64,000 nt of DNA from Saprospiraceae bacterium (GCA_033722295.1 JAWVZH010000001.1:632-64631); one strand, 5' to 3'. Counted from the stretch's first letter, positions 40,226-50,667 are shown. Notes: generated by a model from the letters alone, not told the origin. A program made the numbers and translations.

Positions 40226-41290
40226 TCATAGTATTAGCATTGCATCACCGTAACTAAAGAAGCGATACTTTTCTTTGATCGCTACCTCATAAGCCTCTAA
40301 AATTGTATCCAGTCCTGCAAAGGCGGCCGCCATGATGATGAGGCTTGACTTAGGCAGGTGAAAATTGGTGATCATACAATTGGCAATGCTGAATTCATAC
40401 GGCGGAAAGATAAACAGGTTGCTCCAACCCTCAACAGGTTTGAGATGTCGAGTGGCTGAGACCGCTGACTCTATAGTACGCATGGTTGTTGTACCCACTG
40501 CACATACCCTGCGATGTTCGTCTATAGCTTTATTGACTTTGTCACAAGCACTTTGATTGATCTTGATATATTCAGCGTCCATTTTATGTTTGGACAGATC
40601 TTCGACATCAATGCTTCTGAAGGTTCCCAGTCCGACATGAAGTGTCACTTCTGCGAATTCCACGCCTTTTATTTCCAGTCGTTTCAGCAGATTCTTGCTG
40701 AAATGTAATCCTGCGGTTGGAGCTGCAACGGCACCGGTTTCCTTAGCATAGACGGTTTGATATCTCTCGTCGTCCAGTTTGGTCGCTTCTCGCTCAATAT
40801 ATTTAGGCAGTGGTGTATTTCCCAGGGACTGCAACAAGGTGCGAAACCGTTCTTCTTCTCCTTCATAGAGGAATCTTATCGTTCTTCCACGGGAAGTCGT
40901 GTTGTCCACGACTTCAGCTACAAGCACTTCATTGTCATCAGTGTCATTGAAGTAAAGTTTGTTTCCCACCCTGATCTTTCTTGCGGGATCTACCAGTACA
41001 TCCCATAGCCTTGCCTTACTATTCAATTCCCTTAGCAAGAAAACCTCGATCCTTGCACCGGTCTTTTCTTTCTTTCCATAAAGACGTGCAGGAAAGACTT
41101 TGGTGTTGTTCAGAATAAGGACGTCCTCCTCATCGAAGTAATCTATGATGTCCTTGAACATTTTATGTTCGATCTTGCCGGATTCCCTATGCAGGACCAT
41201 AAGCCTGGATTCTTCTCGATTTTTGGCAGGTTCCTGGGCAATTAACTTTTCCGGTAGGTCAAACTTGAACTGAGACAGTTTTGTGCGCAT
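40226..41290 (-). CDS. queA: S-adenosylmethionine:tRNA ribosyltransferase-isomerase
   Basis: [12 protein letters not shown]...SRLMVL N-terminus and [11 protein letters not shown]. Confidence 0.96.
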   Translation of the reverse strand: MRTKLSQFKFDLPEKLIAQEPAKNREESRLMVLHRESGKIEHKMFKDIIDYFDEEDVLILNNTKVFPARLYGKKEKTGARIEVFLLRELNSKARLWDVLVDPARKIRVGNKLYFNDTDDNEVLVAEVVDNTTSRGRTIRFLYEGEEERFRTLLQSLGNTPLPKYIEREATKLDDERYQTVYAKETGAVAAPTAGLHFSKNLLKRLEIKGVEFAEVTLHVGLGTFRSIDVEDLSKHKMDAEYIKINQSACDKVNKAIDEHRRVCAVGTTTMRTIESAVSATRHLKPVEGWSNLFIFPPYEFSIANCMITNFHLPKSSLIIMAAAFAGLDTILEAYEVAIKEKYRFFSYGDAMLIL

Positions 41291-41316
41291 GCAATAATCT
41301 TTTTATAAAATACCCG

Positions 41317-41324
41317 CAAAAATA
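41317..41324 (-). promoter_or_regulatory. -7 box TATTTTTG (minus strand)
   Basis: CAAAAATA on the plus strand, 27 nt upstream of the queA ATG. Confidence 0.4.
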
Positions 41325-41475
41325 AAAATATAAAGTACAATCATCGAGTCACTCACCCATTGTGCCGTTCTAATAGTGCAGTTGATAGATAAACTTCGGC
41401 GAATAACTTCAAACCTCGTACTTTAACAACACTTTTTCATTGTACAGGTTTTGTTGTTCGGACATTTGATCAGAT

Positions 41476-42723
41476 ATGTTTATTCGATGGTTCATTGAGG
41501 GTATTGGTCAGGCATTTGTTCAGCTTAAGGCTAACAAGCTGAGAACCTTTCTGTCGCTACTGGGCATTACCATAGGTATCTTTTGCATCATAGCCGTGAG
41601 GTCGGCGGTGACCTCCCTGGAGGACAATATCAGGACAAGCTTTGAAAAGCTCGGCAAGGATGTGCTCTATATCAGCAAGATGCCATGGGCGGAAAATCCA
41701 CATGAGAATTACTGGAAATATTTTAAACGCCCCAATCCGGATATTGTAGATCTTGAAGCTATCCTCAAGAGGTCTGATCAAACATCTATGGCGGCCCTCT
41801 CAGTCTTTGTGGGAAGTCGTACGATCAAACATCAATCCAGTCATCTCGAGGATGTCATGCTTATTGGAGTGACCCATGACTATACCTCGATCCTAAATAT
41901 AGAGATCGCGAATGGACGATGGCTGACGAGGTTTGAGTATGACAAAGGGAAGAACAATATTCTAATGGGTCATGTGATCGCCAGGGACCTTTTCCCTAAT
42001 ATAGATCCTGTTGGGCGTGAGGTGAAGATCAGTGGACAGCGGTTTCGTGTGATCGGTGTTATAGCAGAATCTGGTGATGACCTTATCAATCCGGTCAATT
42101 TCGACGAGGCGATCCTTATGGGCTATCCTACAGCCAAGAAAATTGCCAATGTCAGATCCAATCGATTGTTCGGTACATCGCTTATGGTAAAGGCTGCTGA
42201 AGGTGTGGAAATCGATGATCTAAGAGGGGAGGTGACGGGAATTCTTCGATCCGTTCACCGCCTCAGGCCCAGGGAAGATGATGATTTTGCCATCAATGAG
42301 CTTTCGATACTCAGCAATTTATTGGACAGGTTTTTCGGAGTTGTGAATCTTGCGGGTGTTGCAATAGGGTTGTTCGCCATCCTCGTGGGAATGTTCAGTG
42401 TGGCTAACATCATGTTTGTGAGCGTGAAGGAGAGGACGAGTCTCATAGGGATAAAAATGGCTCTTGGGGCCAAAAGAAGGATGATACTATGGGAGTTTCT
42501 CGTGGAAGCCACATGTATCTGTCTTGTTGGCGGCTTACTAGGTCTTCTCCTGGTCTATTTTACGATGTTAGGTCTGAGCGCAACTGTCGATTTCAGATTG
42601 ACACTGTCATTCGAAAATCTCGCGATCGGATTGTTATTATCGATTGCCATCGGAATAATCAGTGGGATCTGGCCCGCACTTATAGCTTCAAGAATGGATC
42701 CTGTAGAAGCTATGAGGAAGTAA
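41476..42723 (+). CDS. ABC transporter permease, MacB/FtsX type
   Basis: N-terminal TM helix, large periplasmic MacB-like domain and a C-terminal FtsX 3-TM module (ERTSLIGIKMALGAKR). No ATPase gene is adjacent. Confidence 0.88.
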   Translation: MFIRWFIEGIGQAFVQLKANKLRTFLSLLGITIGIFCIIAVRSAVTSLEDNIRTSFEKLGKDVLYISKMPWAENPHENYWKYFKRPNPDIVDLEAILKRSDQTSMAALSVFVGSRTIKHQSSHLEDVMLIGVTHDYTSILNIEIANGRWLTRFEYDKGKNNILMGHVIARDLFPNIDPVGREVKISGQRFRVIGVIAESGDDLINPVNFDEAILMGYPTAKKIANVRSNRLFGTSLMVKAAEGVEIDDLRGEVTGILRSVHRLRPREDDDFAINELSILSNLLDRFFGVVNLAGVAIGLFAILVGMFSVANIMFVSVKERTSLIGIKMALGAKRRMILWEFLVEATCICLVGGLLGLLLVYFTMLGLSATVDFRLTLSFENLAIGLLLSIAIGIISGIWPALIASRMDPVEAMRK

Positions 42724-42888
42724 GAGGAGATACGATCAGTGAATTATGTCATCCACGAGGATCTACCACCAATCCATAATGAACATATACCGCACTACCG
42801 CGTATGATCGCGGAAGCGAGCTGAATTAAGCGAGTTATATAATCGAAGTGAATCTGGAAATTGAAAATAACATCAGAGTCCCTGAAAC

Positions 42889-43233
42889 TTACTTTACCTT
42901 CTCTATAATAGCCTTGAATGTGTCGGGATGATTCATGGCCAGGTCAGCCAGTCCTTTTCTGTTGATCGCGATATCCTTTTGAGATAGTGCGTGCATCAGA
43001 GAGGAGTAGGTCATGCCATGCTGTCGGGCTCCCGCATTGATCCTGGCGATCCAGAGTCGTCGGAACTCTCTTTTCTTATTTCTCCTGTCCCTATAGGCAT
43101 ATTGCAGTCCCTTTTCGACTGCATTCTTGGCCACGGTATAGACATTGGATCTCGCTCCAAAGTATCCCTTGGCAGACTTTAAAACCTTCTTTCTTCTTTT
43201 TCGGGAAGCTACGTGATTGGAAGAACGTGGCAT
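42889..43233 (-). CDS. rplT: 50S ribosomal protein L20
   Basis: [29 protein letters not shown] is the hallmark L20 N-terminus. Confidence 0.97.
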   Translation of the reverse strand: MPRSSNHVASRKRRKKVLKSAKGYFGARSNVYTVAKNAVEKGLQYAYRDRRNKKREFRRLWIARINAGARQHGMTYSSLMHALSQKDIAINRKGLADLAMNHPDTFKAIIEKVK

Positions 43234-43304
43234 AATCTTTACGTTTTAAGGATTCAAGGGGCCGAATCATCGACGCTTGGCCTCAACCCTCTGGTTTATC
43301 TATA

Positions 43305-43499
43305 TTATTTACAAAGAAGTCTTTTCACCCGTTTCTCATCGGCATCACTGACCAGGGTAGAACCTCGAAGGTTCAACTTCGCTTTTTTCGTTTTCTTTCT
43401 CATCAAGTGAGACGTCCTGGCCTGGAACCGTTTTACTTTTCCAGATGCTGTGATCTTGAATCTTTTTTTAGCACTGGAATGAGTCTTCATCTTAGGCAT
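43305..43499 (-). CDS. rpmI: 50S ribosomal protein L35
   Basis: [15 protein letters not shown] from the ATG at 43499. The track ORF extends 10 codons further upstream. Confidence 0.93.
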   Translation of the reverse strand: MPKMKTHSSAKKRFKITASGKVKRFQARTSHLMRKKTKKAKLNLRGSTLVSDADEKRVKRLLCK

Positions 43500-43586
43500 A
43501 ATAATAGCTTTTATACAAACGGAGTGCAAAGGTAATGCAATCCTACAATATCCACAAGTAAATGATCTTTTCGATCAGTCAGACGG

Positions 43587-44162
43587 CTACTTTTTTGGAG
43601 CTACCATAACGAACATCCGACGCCCTTCCTGTTTTGGAAGTTCTTCAGCTATCCCATAGTCTTCAAGCTCCTGAAGGAATCTCAAAAGCAACAGCCTGCC
43701 GCGATCCTTATAGATGATCGTACGTCCACGAAAATGGACATAGGCCTTTACTTTGGCACCTTCAGAAAGGAATTTCTTGGCGTGGTTCAACTTGAAGTTG
43801 AAGTCATGGTCATCCGTGTTGGGGCCAAATCGGATCTCTTTAACGACCGTTTTTGCCGTCTTGGCTTTCATCTCCTTCTCCTTCTTCTTCTTGTTATAAA
43901 GAAACTTGTTCAGGTCGATGATCTTGCAAACCGGAGGGTCTGCTTTGGGAGATATCTCTACCAGATCGAGGCCAACTTGACGGGCCCATTCCAGTGCGCG
44001 TTCTGTTTTAATAATTCCGGGAGTGATCTTTTCTCCGACCTCTTCACCTATTTCTTCGAGGTCGTCGCCTACGAGGCGAATTTTGGGAATAGAAATCTTT
44101 TCGTTTACTCTGAAATTGTGTTTAGGTTTAGATCTACGAACTCTTTTAATTCTTCTTGCCAA
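43587..44162 (-). CDS. infC: Translation initiation factor IF-3 (non-ATG start)
   Basis: IF3 N- and C-domains (IRLVGDD..., KEIRFGPNTDDHDFNFK). The first in-frame ATG is about 98 codons in, so the start must be the TTG at 44162 or the ATT at 44168. Confidence 0.93.
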   Translation of the reverse strand: MARRIKRVRRSKPKHNFRVNEKISIPKIRLVGDDLEEIGEEVGEKITPGIIKTERALEWARQVGLDLVEISPKADPPVCKIIDLNKFLYNKKKKEKEMKAKTAKTVVKEIRFGPNTDDHDFNFKLNHAKKFLSEGAKVKAYVHFRGRTIIYKDRGRLLLLRFLQELEDYGIAEELPKQEGRRMFVMVAPKK

Positions 44163-44187
44163 ATTAATTTTTAGATTTTAGTTAATA

Positions 44188-44195
44188 CAAAGTTA
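44188..44195 (-). promoter_or_regulatory. -7 box TAACTTTG (minus strand)
   Basis: CAAAGTTA on the plus strand, 26 nt upstream of the infC TTG. Confidence 0.4.
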
Positions 44196-44264
44196 CATCA
44201 TTGAAAGCGAAATAACGCCTTCAATATAAGGACAACGTCAATATACAATAGGTTAATTCCCGAA

Positions 44265-46805
44265 TTACTTGTTTACATCGCTTTTCTTGGACTTGGCCAT
44301 GGATATGACCAGTTTTTCCTTGTCCTTGTCAAGATCTGCGTTGAAGACCGCACCTTCCGGTGGGTTCTCGTTAAGAATGAACTCAGCCAGAGGGTCTTCG
44401 ATGTATTTCTGTATTGCCCTGTGCAGAGGCCTGGCTCCGAACTGCGGATCAAATCCCTTCTCCGACACGAACTTCTTGGCCTTTGTCGTCAGTTTGATCT
44501 CATAACCCAGGCCGCCCAGGCGCTTCAACAGATCTTTTAAAGAGATATCGATGATCTCAAAGATATTTTCTTGAGAGAGACTGTTGAAAACCATTACATC
44601 ATCAACCCGGTTGAGAAACTCAGGACTGAATGTACGTTTGAGTGCGTTCTGAATAACGCTTTTGCTGTATTGTTCGCGGCTCTGCTCTCTGGCCTTGGTC
44701 TTAAAGCCAACACCCTGACCGAAGTCCTTTAATTGTCTGACCCCAATATTGGAGGTCATGATAATGAGGGCGTTCTTGAAATCCACCTTTCTACCCAGGC
44801 CATCTGTCAATTGACCATCGTCCAGAACCTGGAGTAATATATTATACACATCAGGGTGAGCTTTCTCGATCTCGTCAAGCAGGATGACAGAATAGGGCTT
44901 TCTTCTGACCTTTTCGGTCAATTGGCCGCCCTCCTCATAACCGACATATCCCGGAGGTGCTCCGATCAGTCGACTTACGGAGAATTTCTCCATATACTCG
45001 CTCATGTCGATCCTTACAAGGGCATCTTCCGAATCGAAAAGGTATCTGGCCAGAGCTTTTGCAAGCTCTGTCTTACCTACACCCGTAGGGCCAAGGAAAA
45101 TGAACGAACCGATAGGCTTGGATGGATCCTTCAATCCAACGCGGTTTCGTTGAATAGCTTTGGTGATCTTGCCGATTGCTTCATCCTGGCCGATAATGAC
45201 CTTTTTGAGGTCTTCCTTCATACCGACAAGTTTCTTGCTTTCACTTTGCGCGACTCGCTTGACCGGAATTCCGGTCATCATAGATACCACCTCGGCAATG
45301 TCAGTGTCTGAAACGGGATATCTCTTGGTCTTGGCTTCTTCTTCCCATTTCTCCTTCGCCTGTTCGAGCTGCATGGTCAGCCTTGATTCTTTATCACGGT
45401 AGGATGCAGCTTGCTCATATTGTTGATTCTTAACGGCTGCATTTTTCTCCTGTCTGATCTTTTCTATGGCAGATTCGATCTCCTCGATGTGCTTTGGTAC
45501 GTGGATATTTTTAAGGTGAACCCTTGCGCCGACCTCATCCAATACGTCAATAGCTTTATCAGGGAAAAATCGATCGCTGATATATCTCTCGCTCAGTTTT
45601 ACACAAGCCTTGATCGCTTCTTCACTGTAATCCACGTTATGAAATTCTTCATATTTCGGCTTGATATTGATGAGAATGTTTTCCGTCTCTTCCTTTGTCG
45701 GAGGGTCGACCAGAACTTTCTGAAATCTCCTGTCCAGGGCGCCGTCTTTTTCAATGAACTGACGATACTCATCCAGTGTGGAGGCACCTATGCATTGCAA
45801 TTCTCCTCTTGCCAAAGCTGGCTTGAAAATGTTGCTGGCATCCAGGGAACCTGTAGCCCCACCAGCGCCAACGATGGTGTGGATCTCATCGATGAAGAGA
45901 ATAACATCCCTTGATTTCTCCAGCTCATTCATGATGGCCTTCATCCTCTCCTCGAACTGACCACGATATTTTGTTCCTGCAACGAGGGCAGCGAGGTCCA
46001 GCATTACAATACGCTTGTTAAAAAGCGTTCTGGACACCTTCTTCTGCATGATCCTTAATGCGAGGCCTTCGACAATAGCCGTTTTACCCACGCCGGGTTC
46101 TCCTATCAGAATAGGGTTGTTCTTCTTTCTTCGGCTAAGGATCTGGCTGACCCTCTCGATCTCGACTTCTCTACCTATGATAGGATCGAGATTGCCTTCT
46201 TCGGCCAATTTTGTGACATCACGACCGAAATTGTCCAGAACGGGAGTTCGGGACTTTCCACCAGCTTTCCTGGTGTAAGAACTTCCTCCGCTGTCCTTGT
46301 CATCTTCCATAGGTGAATCAGGATCAGCTGAGGCGTAAAAATCGCCGTAGGTATTGTCTTCTTCCTGGATCACGTATTCGAGCTCAGATTTGAAAGACTC
46401 GTAATCTACATCGAATTCCTTCAATATTTTCGAAGCCACATTGTCTTTGTGCTTGAGAATGCTCAGAAGTAGATGCTCAGTTGTGATCTCGTCATTCTGA
46501 CTGGCTTTTGCTTCTAAAAAAGTCACTTTCAGTACTTTTTCAGCCTGCTTGTTCAGGGCGATATCACCGATATTTAGATTAGTCTCTCTTTTAAGAGCTG
46601 CCGGCGCTACTTGTTCAACCCTTGTTTTCAACTCGCCTATGTTTACATCCATCGAATTGAATACCTTCATGACAAGGCTTACCTCATCACGCAAAATGCC
46701 AAGGAGCAGATGCTCTGTTCCAATATAATTACTGCCCAGCCTTCCTGCCTCTTCACGACTGGTAGAAATGATTTTTTTAACTTCGGGTGAAAACCTCTTG
46801 TTCAT
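44265..46805 (-). CDS. clpC: ATP-dependent Clp protease ATP-binding subunit ClpC-type (class I AAA+)
   Basis: Two Clp_N repeats, two AAA+ modules (GEPGVGKTA, GPTGVGKTE) and a UVR-like linker. Confidence 0.95.
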   Translation of the reverse strand: MNKRFSPEVKKIISTSREEAGRLGSNYIGTEHLLLGILRDEVSLVMKVFNSMDVNIGELKTRVEQVAPAALKRETNLNIGDIALNKQAEKVLKVTFLEAKASQNDEITTEHLLLSILKHKDNVASKILKEFDVDYESFKSELEYVIQEEDNTYGDFYASADPDSPMEDDKDSGGSSYTRKAGGKSRTPVLDNFGRDVTKLAEEGNLDPIIGREVEIERVSQILSRRKKNNPILIGEPGVGKTAIVEGLALRIMQKKVSRTLFNKRIVMLDLAALVAGTKYRGQFEERMKAIMNELEKSRDVILFIDEIHTIVGAGGATGSLDASNIFKPALARGELQCIGASTLDEYRQFIEKDGALDRRFQKVLVDPPTKEETENILINIKPKYEEFHNVDYSEEAIKACVKLSERYISDRFFPDKAIDVLDEVGARVHLKNIHVPKHIEEIESAIEKIRQEKNAAVKNQQYEQAASYRDKESRLTMQLEQAKEKWEEEAKTKRYPVSDTDIAEVVSMMTGIPVKRVAQSESKKLVGMKEDLKKVIIGQDEAIGKITKAIQRNRVGLKDPSKPIGSFIFLGPTGVGKTELAKALARYLFDSEDALVRIDMSEYMEKFSVSRLIGAPPGYVGYEEGGQLTEKVRRKPYSVILLDEIEKAHPDVYNILLQVLDDGQLTDGLGRKVDFKNALIIMTSNIGVRQLKDFGQGVGFKTKAREQSREQYSKSVIQNALKRTFSPEFLNRVDDVMVFNSLSQENIFEIIDISLKDLLKRLGGLGYEIKLTTKAKKFVSEKGFDPQFGARPLHRAIQKYIEDPLAEFILNENPPEGAVFNADLDKDKEKLVISMAKSKKSDVNK

Positions 46806-46831
46806 CTGGTTATATTCTCTTTTGTAATTCC

Positions 46832-46839
46832 CAAACCTA
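46832..46839 (-). promoter_or_regulatory. -7 box TAGGTTTG (minus strand)
   Basis: CAAACCTA on the plus strand, 27 nt upstream of the clpC ATG. Confidence 0.4.
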
Positions 46840-46938
46840 ACGTAAGTCTACACAATATAGTTTGAAAATGAAACGCTTTGGAAGGGAAATAGGTCCAAAA
46901 TCACATGGTATTTAGCAATTCTATAACATCAAGATTTA

Positions 46939-46946
46939 TAAATTTG
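46939..46946 (+). promoter_or_regulatory. -7 box TAAATTTG
   Basis: TAnnTTTG match ~110 nt upstream of the STAS gene. Confidence 0.3.
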
Positions 46947-47056
46947 TCGTGATTTGACACTCGCTATAAGTTCTGGAATAGGCTAAAGTGGATGTATAGT
47001 CAAATATATCAAAATATTACACATATAGATTATTTTAATCTAAGAAATTTGCTTCA

Positions 47057-47434
47057 ATGAAATATTCTGTTGAGAAAGAGGATAAATACGCCATTCTGAA
47101 ACTTCAGGAAGAAAATCTCAATTCCCTTATCGCTCCGGACCTCAAATCCGAGTTTGTTTTTTTGCGTAATGAAGGAGTACGCAATCTGATCTTCGATATG
47201 TCAGATATCAAATATGTCGACTCTTCCGGCTTGAGTGCGATTTTGACGGCCAACAGGATATGGAAGGATTATGGGACGTTTATCATCACTAATGTCAAGC
47301 ATGAAAGTGTAAAGAAACTGATCACTATCTCACGCCTGGACAGCATTCTTGTTCTAATTCCGACCTTACAGGAGTCAATCGATTTCGTTTATATGGAAGA
47401 GGTTGAGCGTGAGCTCGGCGACGAGTCGGAATAA
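47057..47434 (+). CDS. STAS-domain protein (anti-sigma-factor antagonist type)
   Basis: DMSDIKYVDSSGLSAIL is the SpoIIAA-like DSSG phosphorylation-loop motif. Confidence 0.85.
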   Translation: MKYSVEKEDKYAILKLQEENLNSLIAPDLKSEFVFLRNEGVRNLIFDMSDIKYVDSSGLSAILTANRIWKDYGTFIITNVKHESVKKLITISRLDSILVLIPTLQESIDFVYMEEVERELGDESE

Positions 47435-47437
47435 TTC

Positions 47438-48364
47438 ATGGCTTTTCAACTGACCATTATTGGTAGTAATTCTGCGATACCTTGTCATGGGCGTTTTCCC
47501 AGTGCCCAGGGCTTGCAAACCGAAAAGGAGCTGTTCCTGATAGATTGTGGTGAAGGCTCTCAGGTCCGAATGGAAGAGTTTGGCATTCGAAAATTTAAAA
47601 TAGACCGAATTTTTATCAGTCACCTTCATGGCGATCACGTCTACGGGTTACCTGGTCTCCTCACCACATCCAGTTTACTGGGTCGGGAAAAGCCGCTTTA
47701 CATCTATGGACCACCGGGTGTCGAGTCATTCATTCAGGGTATTTTTTCACATACCGGAGTAGAATTATCCTTCGAAACCGCATTTATTGAGGTCGAGGCT
47801 CTTGAAAAGCGGAAAATATATGAAAATGAGGACCTGGTCGTTTTTGCATTTCCGTTAGATCACAGGGTGATCACGAATGGTTACTACTTCCAGGAAAAGG
47901 AGCGACTCAGACACCTTGATGGTAAGAAAGCTGAGGCACTCGATATCCCGTTCGAATGGCGTTCAAGGTTAAAGAAAGGAGAGGATTATGTGGATGGAGA
48001 TGGCCGGGTCATCGTCAAAGCGGAGGATATAACCTTCCCTGCCGACCGGGCAGCTTCGTATGCTTATTGCTCGGACACCAGGTATCAACCGGATATTGCA
48101 GATTTTATTCGCGGTGTGGATGTTCTGTATCATGAAGCCACCTTTCTCGACGAAATGAAAGAAAAGGCCCATGACAGATTTCATTCAACGGCCCGGGAGG
48201 CGGCACAGATCGCGAAGAAAGCCGGTGTTAACCAACTCCTCTTGGGACATATTTCTTCAAGATATGATCAGTTTGAGCCACTCGTGAATGAGGCACGTGA
48301 GATATTCCAAAACAGTTTTCCGGCAGAAGAAGGTCAGGTATTTGTATCTCCTGCTCCTCACTGA
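47438..48364 (+). CDS. rnz: Ribonuclease Z
   Basis: Metallo-beta-lactamase motif SHLHGDHVYGLPGLL and a full-length short-form RNase Z. Confidence 0.93.
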   Translation: MAFQLTIIGSNSAIPCHGRFPSAQGLQTEKELFLIDCGEGSQVRMEEFGIRKFKIDRIFISHLHGDHVYGLPGLLTTSSLLGREKPLYIYGPPGVESFIQGIFSHTGVELSFETAFIEVEALEKRKIYENEDLVVFAFPLDHRVITNGYYFQEKERLRHLDGKKAEALDIPFEWRSRLKKGEDYVDGDGRVIVKAEDITFPADRAASYAYCSDTRYQPDIADFIRGVDVLYHEATFLDEMKEKAHDRFHSTAREAAQIAKKAGVNQLLLGHISSRYDQFEPLVNEAREIFQNSFPAEEGQVFVSPAPH

Positions 48365-48558
48365 GCAGAATACTGAAAAAATATTGTCATATCAAGGAGT
48401 ATAGGTCACGAACTATTCGAGTTCATCATTTTTCGTAGTATTTTAATGATGCCCAATCGTGCATATTAGTGTCAGGGCTGTTATCTTATTAGATGAAATC
48501 CTCTTGATCTGAAAATTAGGCCTGATTTTTTCTTATATATATTAAAAAATAATAATAT

Positions 48559-50667
48559 ATGATGCGCTTCGGGGTTGTTGTCCTTCTTTTTCTAGTCAGT
48601 CAACTGATTCATTCTCAGTCGATTGTGGGCTTCGAGATTGAGAGGTTCGCTGAAGAGAGCGAGGTGATCGTAGAAGGTGAGGTCTTAAAAAAGATCGGAT
48701 TTTATCATGATAATGGCCTAATTTATACGCGCTATACCTTCAAAGTTTCAGGATATTTCAAGAACGGAGAATTCTCTCCTGAGATCGACTTCATCCAGGT
48801 GGGTGGAGTCGTGGGTGATGAAGCCCTGGTGGTCTGTCCTTCTATAAAACTGAACATCGGGCAGACCGGCATCATAGGTTTAAGATCCTTGGCATCCAGA
48901 AGCGGAGAAGATCTGATACCTGTTTCAGGTATGCAATCCTGGATCGATTACGATGAGGAAGAACAGATCTATGTTTTGTGGTCCGGAGAAAGTTTCAAAA
49001 AGCAGGAGTTAATAGAGTCCATTGAGTCCCATACGAAATCTGAATATCAACTTGTAGATCGAGATGAGAAGCAGATCAATACGCCTGAATCTGCGGTTGT
49101 GATCAATTCTATAACACCTTTGACCACTCAGGCCGGAAGAGGTCGTGAAATTACCATCAATGGTTCTGGATTTGGCTCAAGCAGGGGCAGTGGTGGTGTT
49201 TTTTTTAGGAATGTTAACGCCGGCTCATCAAGTTACAGCATAAATGGCATCATCTACAACCAATGGACGAGTACCCAGATCAAAGTGATAGTTCCCTATA
49301 ATGCCGGAAGCGGAAAGATTGTGGTGGAAACTGACGCTGGTATGATCAGTTCACCTTCTGCTCAAGACCTTACGATCACATATAATGTCATCAATGTCTC
49401 CCTTACAGAGTTAACGTATCTGATAGACTTCGACAACTTCAATAATGGCGGATATGCCTTCAAGTATTCCGATAATACGGCCAATGGAGGAGTTGACTTC
49501 ACATCTATACCGGATGCGATATCAGCCGTGGAAAGAGCGACTTCGACCTGGAACTCAGGTACTGGCTTTTCGATCTATACCGAAGAAGCCTGCGGAACGA
49601 CTTCACTTCAGGTGCCTTCTCGAGATGGTACTAACTTGCTCACCTTTGACAGCGATGCTTACGATATGGACGTACAATTCGGTTCATCTACCTTAGGTGT
49701 GATGTTTTCATATTACAGTAAATGCGGCAGCAGTGAATGGGAAGTGATGGAAATGGATATGGTCCTTAGAAGAGATGGTGATCCCAACGGGTTCGGGGGA
49801 TCGGTCAACTGGGAATATGGTCCTGGTTCGCCGACTTTAAGTGAGACGGACTTTGAGTCTGTTGTTCTACATGAATTTGGTCATGCACACCAGTTGGGTC
49901 ATTGCAGGATATCCGGTGCGGTCATGCAACCATTTATTGTGAGGGGAACAACCAACAGGAATTTGTCCAGCAGTGAGACCAACGGAGGCAACTTTTGTCA
50001 GAATGAGAGTACAGCGTACAATCCTCCTGTCATAGGTGGGTGCCCACCGCCATTTAATCAAGCCAGACAATATGAGGATTACGATGCCAGCAACAAATGT
50101 TCAGGATTCTTGCCACTTGAGTTGGTCCAGTTCTCGGTGAACAAGAGAGGCAAGTCGAGTGCTAATGTTTTCTGGTTAACCAACGCGGAGAGGTTTCATT
50201 CAAAAACAGAATTGGAGTATCTCCATGAGGAGGGCGGAAGTTCCTGGATGGTTCTGGAATCTTTTCCACACAGTGATGATAATGATGTTATCAATGAGTA
50301 TGAGTTTGTTCATGAGGGCCTGACTGTCGGCGTGCATTTATACCGCCTGAAGTTTATCGACCATCACGGTAACTATGAATATTCAGAACTGCGCTCTCTG
50401 GAGATCGAAGGAGAGAGCCGATATGTGATGGCACAGTTGAATGGTAGCCAGATACCACTGACCTGGAAGTTCCCGAATGACGACTCCTTTTATATTGGTT
50501 TATATGATCTGTCAGGTAAAATGCTTTACAGAACGAAATGGTCCGAGGTGCCTCTCAGTATTGATCTGGATCAAAGTGTGCCCATTCTCAGCTCCGGTGT
50601 CTATATCCTCAGTTGGTGGTCAGATCGGCATAAAGTACCATCATTGAGAAAGATCATGGTTGATTAG
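48559..50667 (+). CDS. Secreted metzincin-like zinc protease with IPT/TIG-like domain and T9SS type-A C-terminal sorting domain
   Basis: Signal peptide. The ITINGSGFG...GKIVVET segment looks IPT/TIG-like. HEFGHAHQLGH at 49870-49902. C-terminal sorting-domain-like tail (SGVYILSWW...KIMVD). Confidence 0.8.
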   Translation: MMRFGVVVLLFLVSQLIHSQSIVGFEIERFAEESEVIVEGEVLKKIGFYHDNGLIYTRYTFKVSGYFKNGEFSPEIDFIQVGGVVGDEALVVCPSIKLNIGQTGIIGLRSLASRSGEDLIPVSGMQSWIDYDEEEQIYVLWSGESFKKQELIESIESHTKSEYQLVDRDEKQINTPESAVVINSITPLTTQAGRGREITINGSGFGSSRGSGGVFFRNVNAGSSSYSINGIIYNQWTSTQIKVIVPYNAGSGKIVVETDAGMISSPSAQDLTITYNVINVSLTELTYLIDFDNFNNGGYAFKYSDNTANGGVDFTSIPDAISAVERATSTWNSGTGFSIYTEEACGTTSLQVPSRDGTNLLTFDSDAYDMDVQFGSSTLGVMFSYYSKCGSSEWEVMEMDMVLRRDGDPNGFGGSVNWEYGPGSPTLSETDFESVVLHEFGHAHQLGHCRISGAVMQPFIVRGTTNRNLSSSETNGGNFCQNESTAYNPPVIGGCPPPFNQARQYEDYDASNKCSGFLPLELVQFSVNKRGKSSANVFWLTNAERFHSKTELEYLHEEGGSSWMVLESFPHSDDNDVINEYEFVHEGLTVGVHLYRLKFIDHHGNYEYSELRSLEIEGESRYVMAQLNGSQIPLTWKFPNDDSFYIGLYDLSGKMLYRTKWSEVPLSIDLDQSVPILSSGVYILSWWSDRHKVPSLRKIMVD

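Noticed and set aside
43548-43556. DnaA-box-like 9-mer ATATCCACA
   Set aside because: It is a single copy with one mismatch to TTATCCACA, lies between rpmI and infC, and has no cluster of boxes or AT-rich unwinding element. Not an origin.
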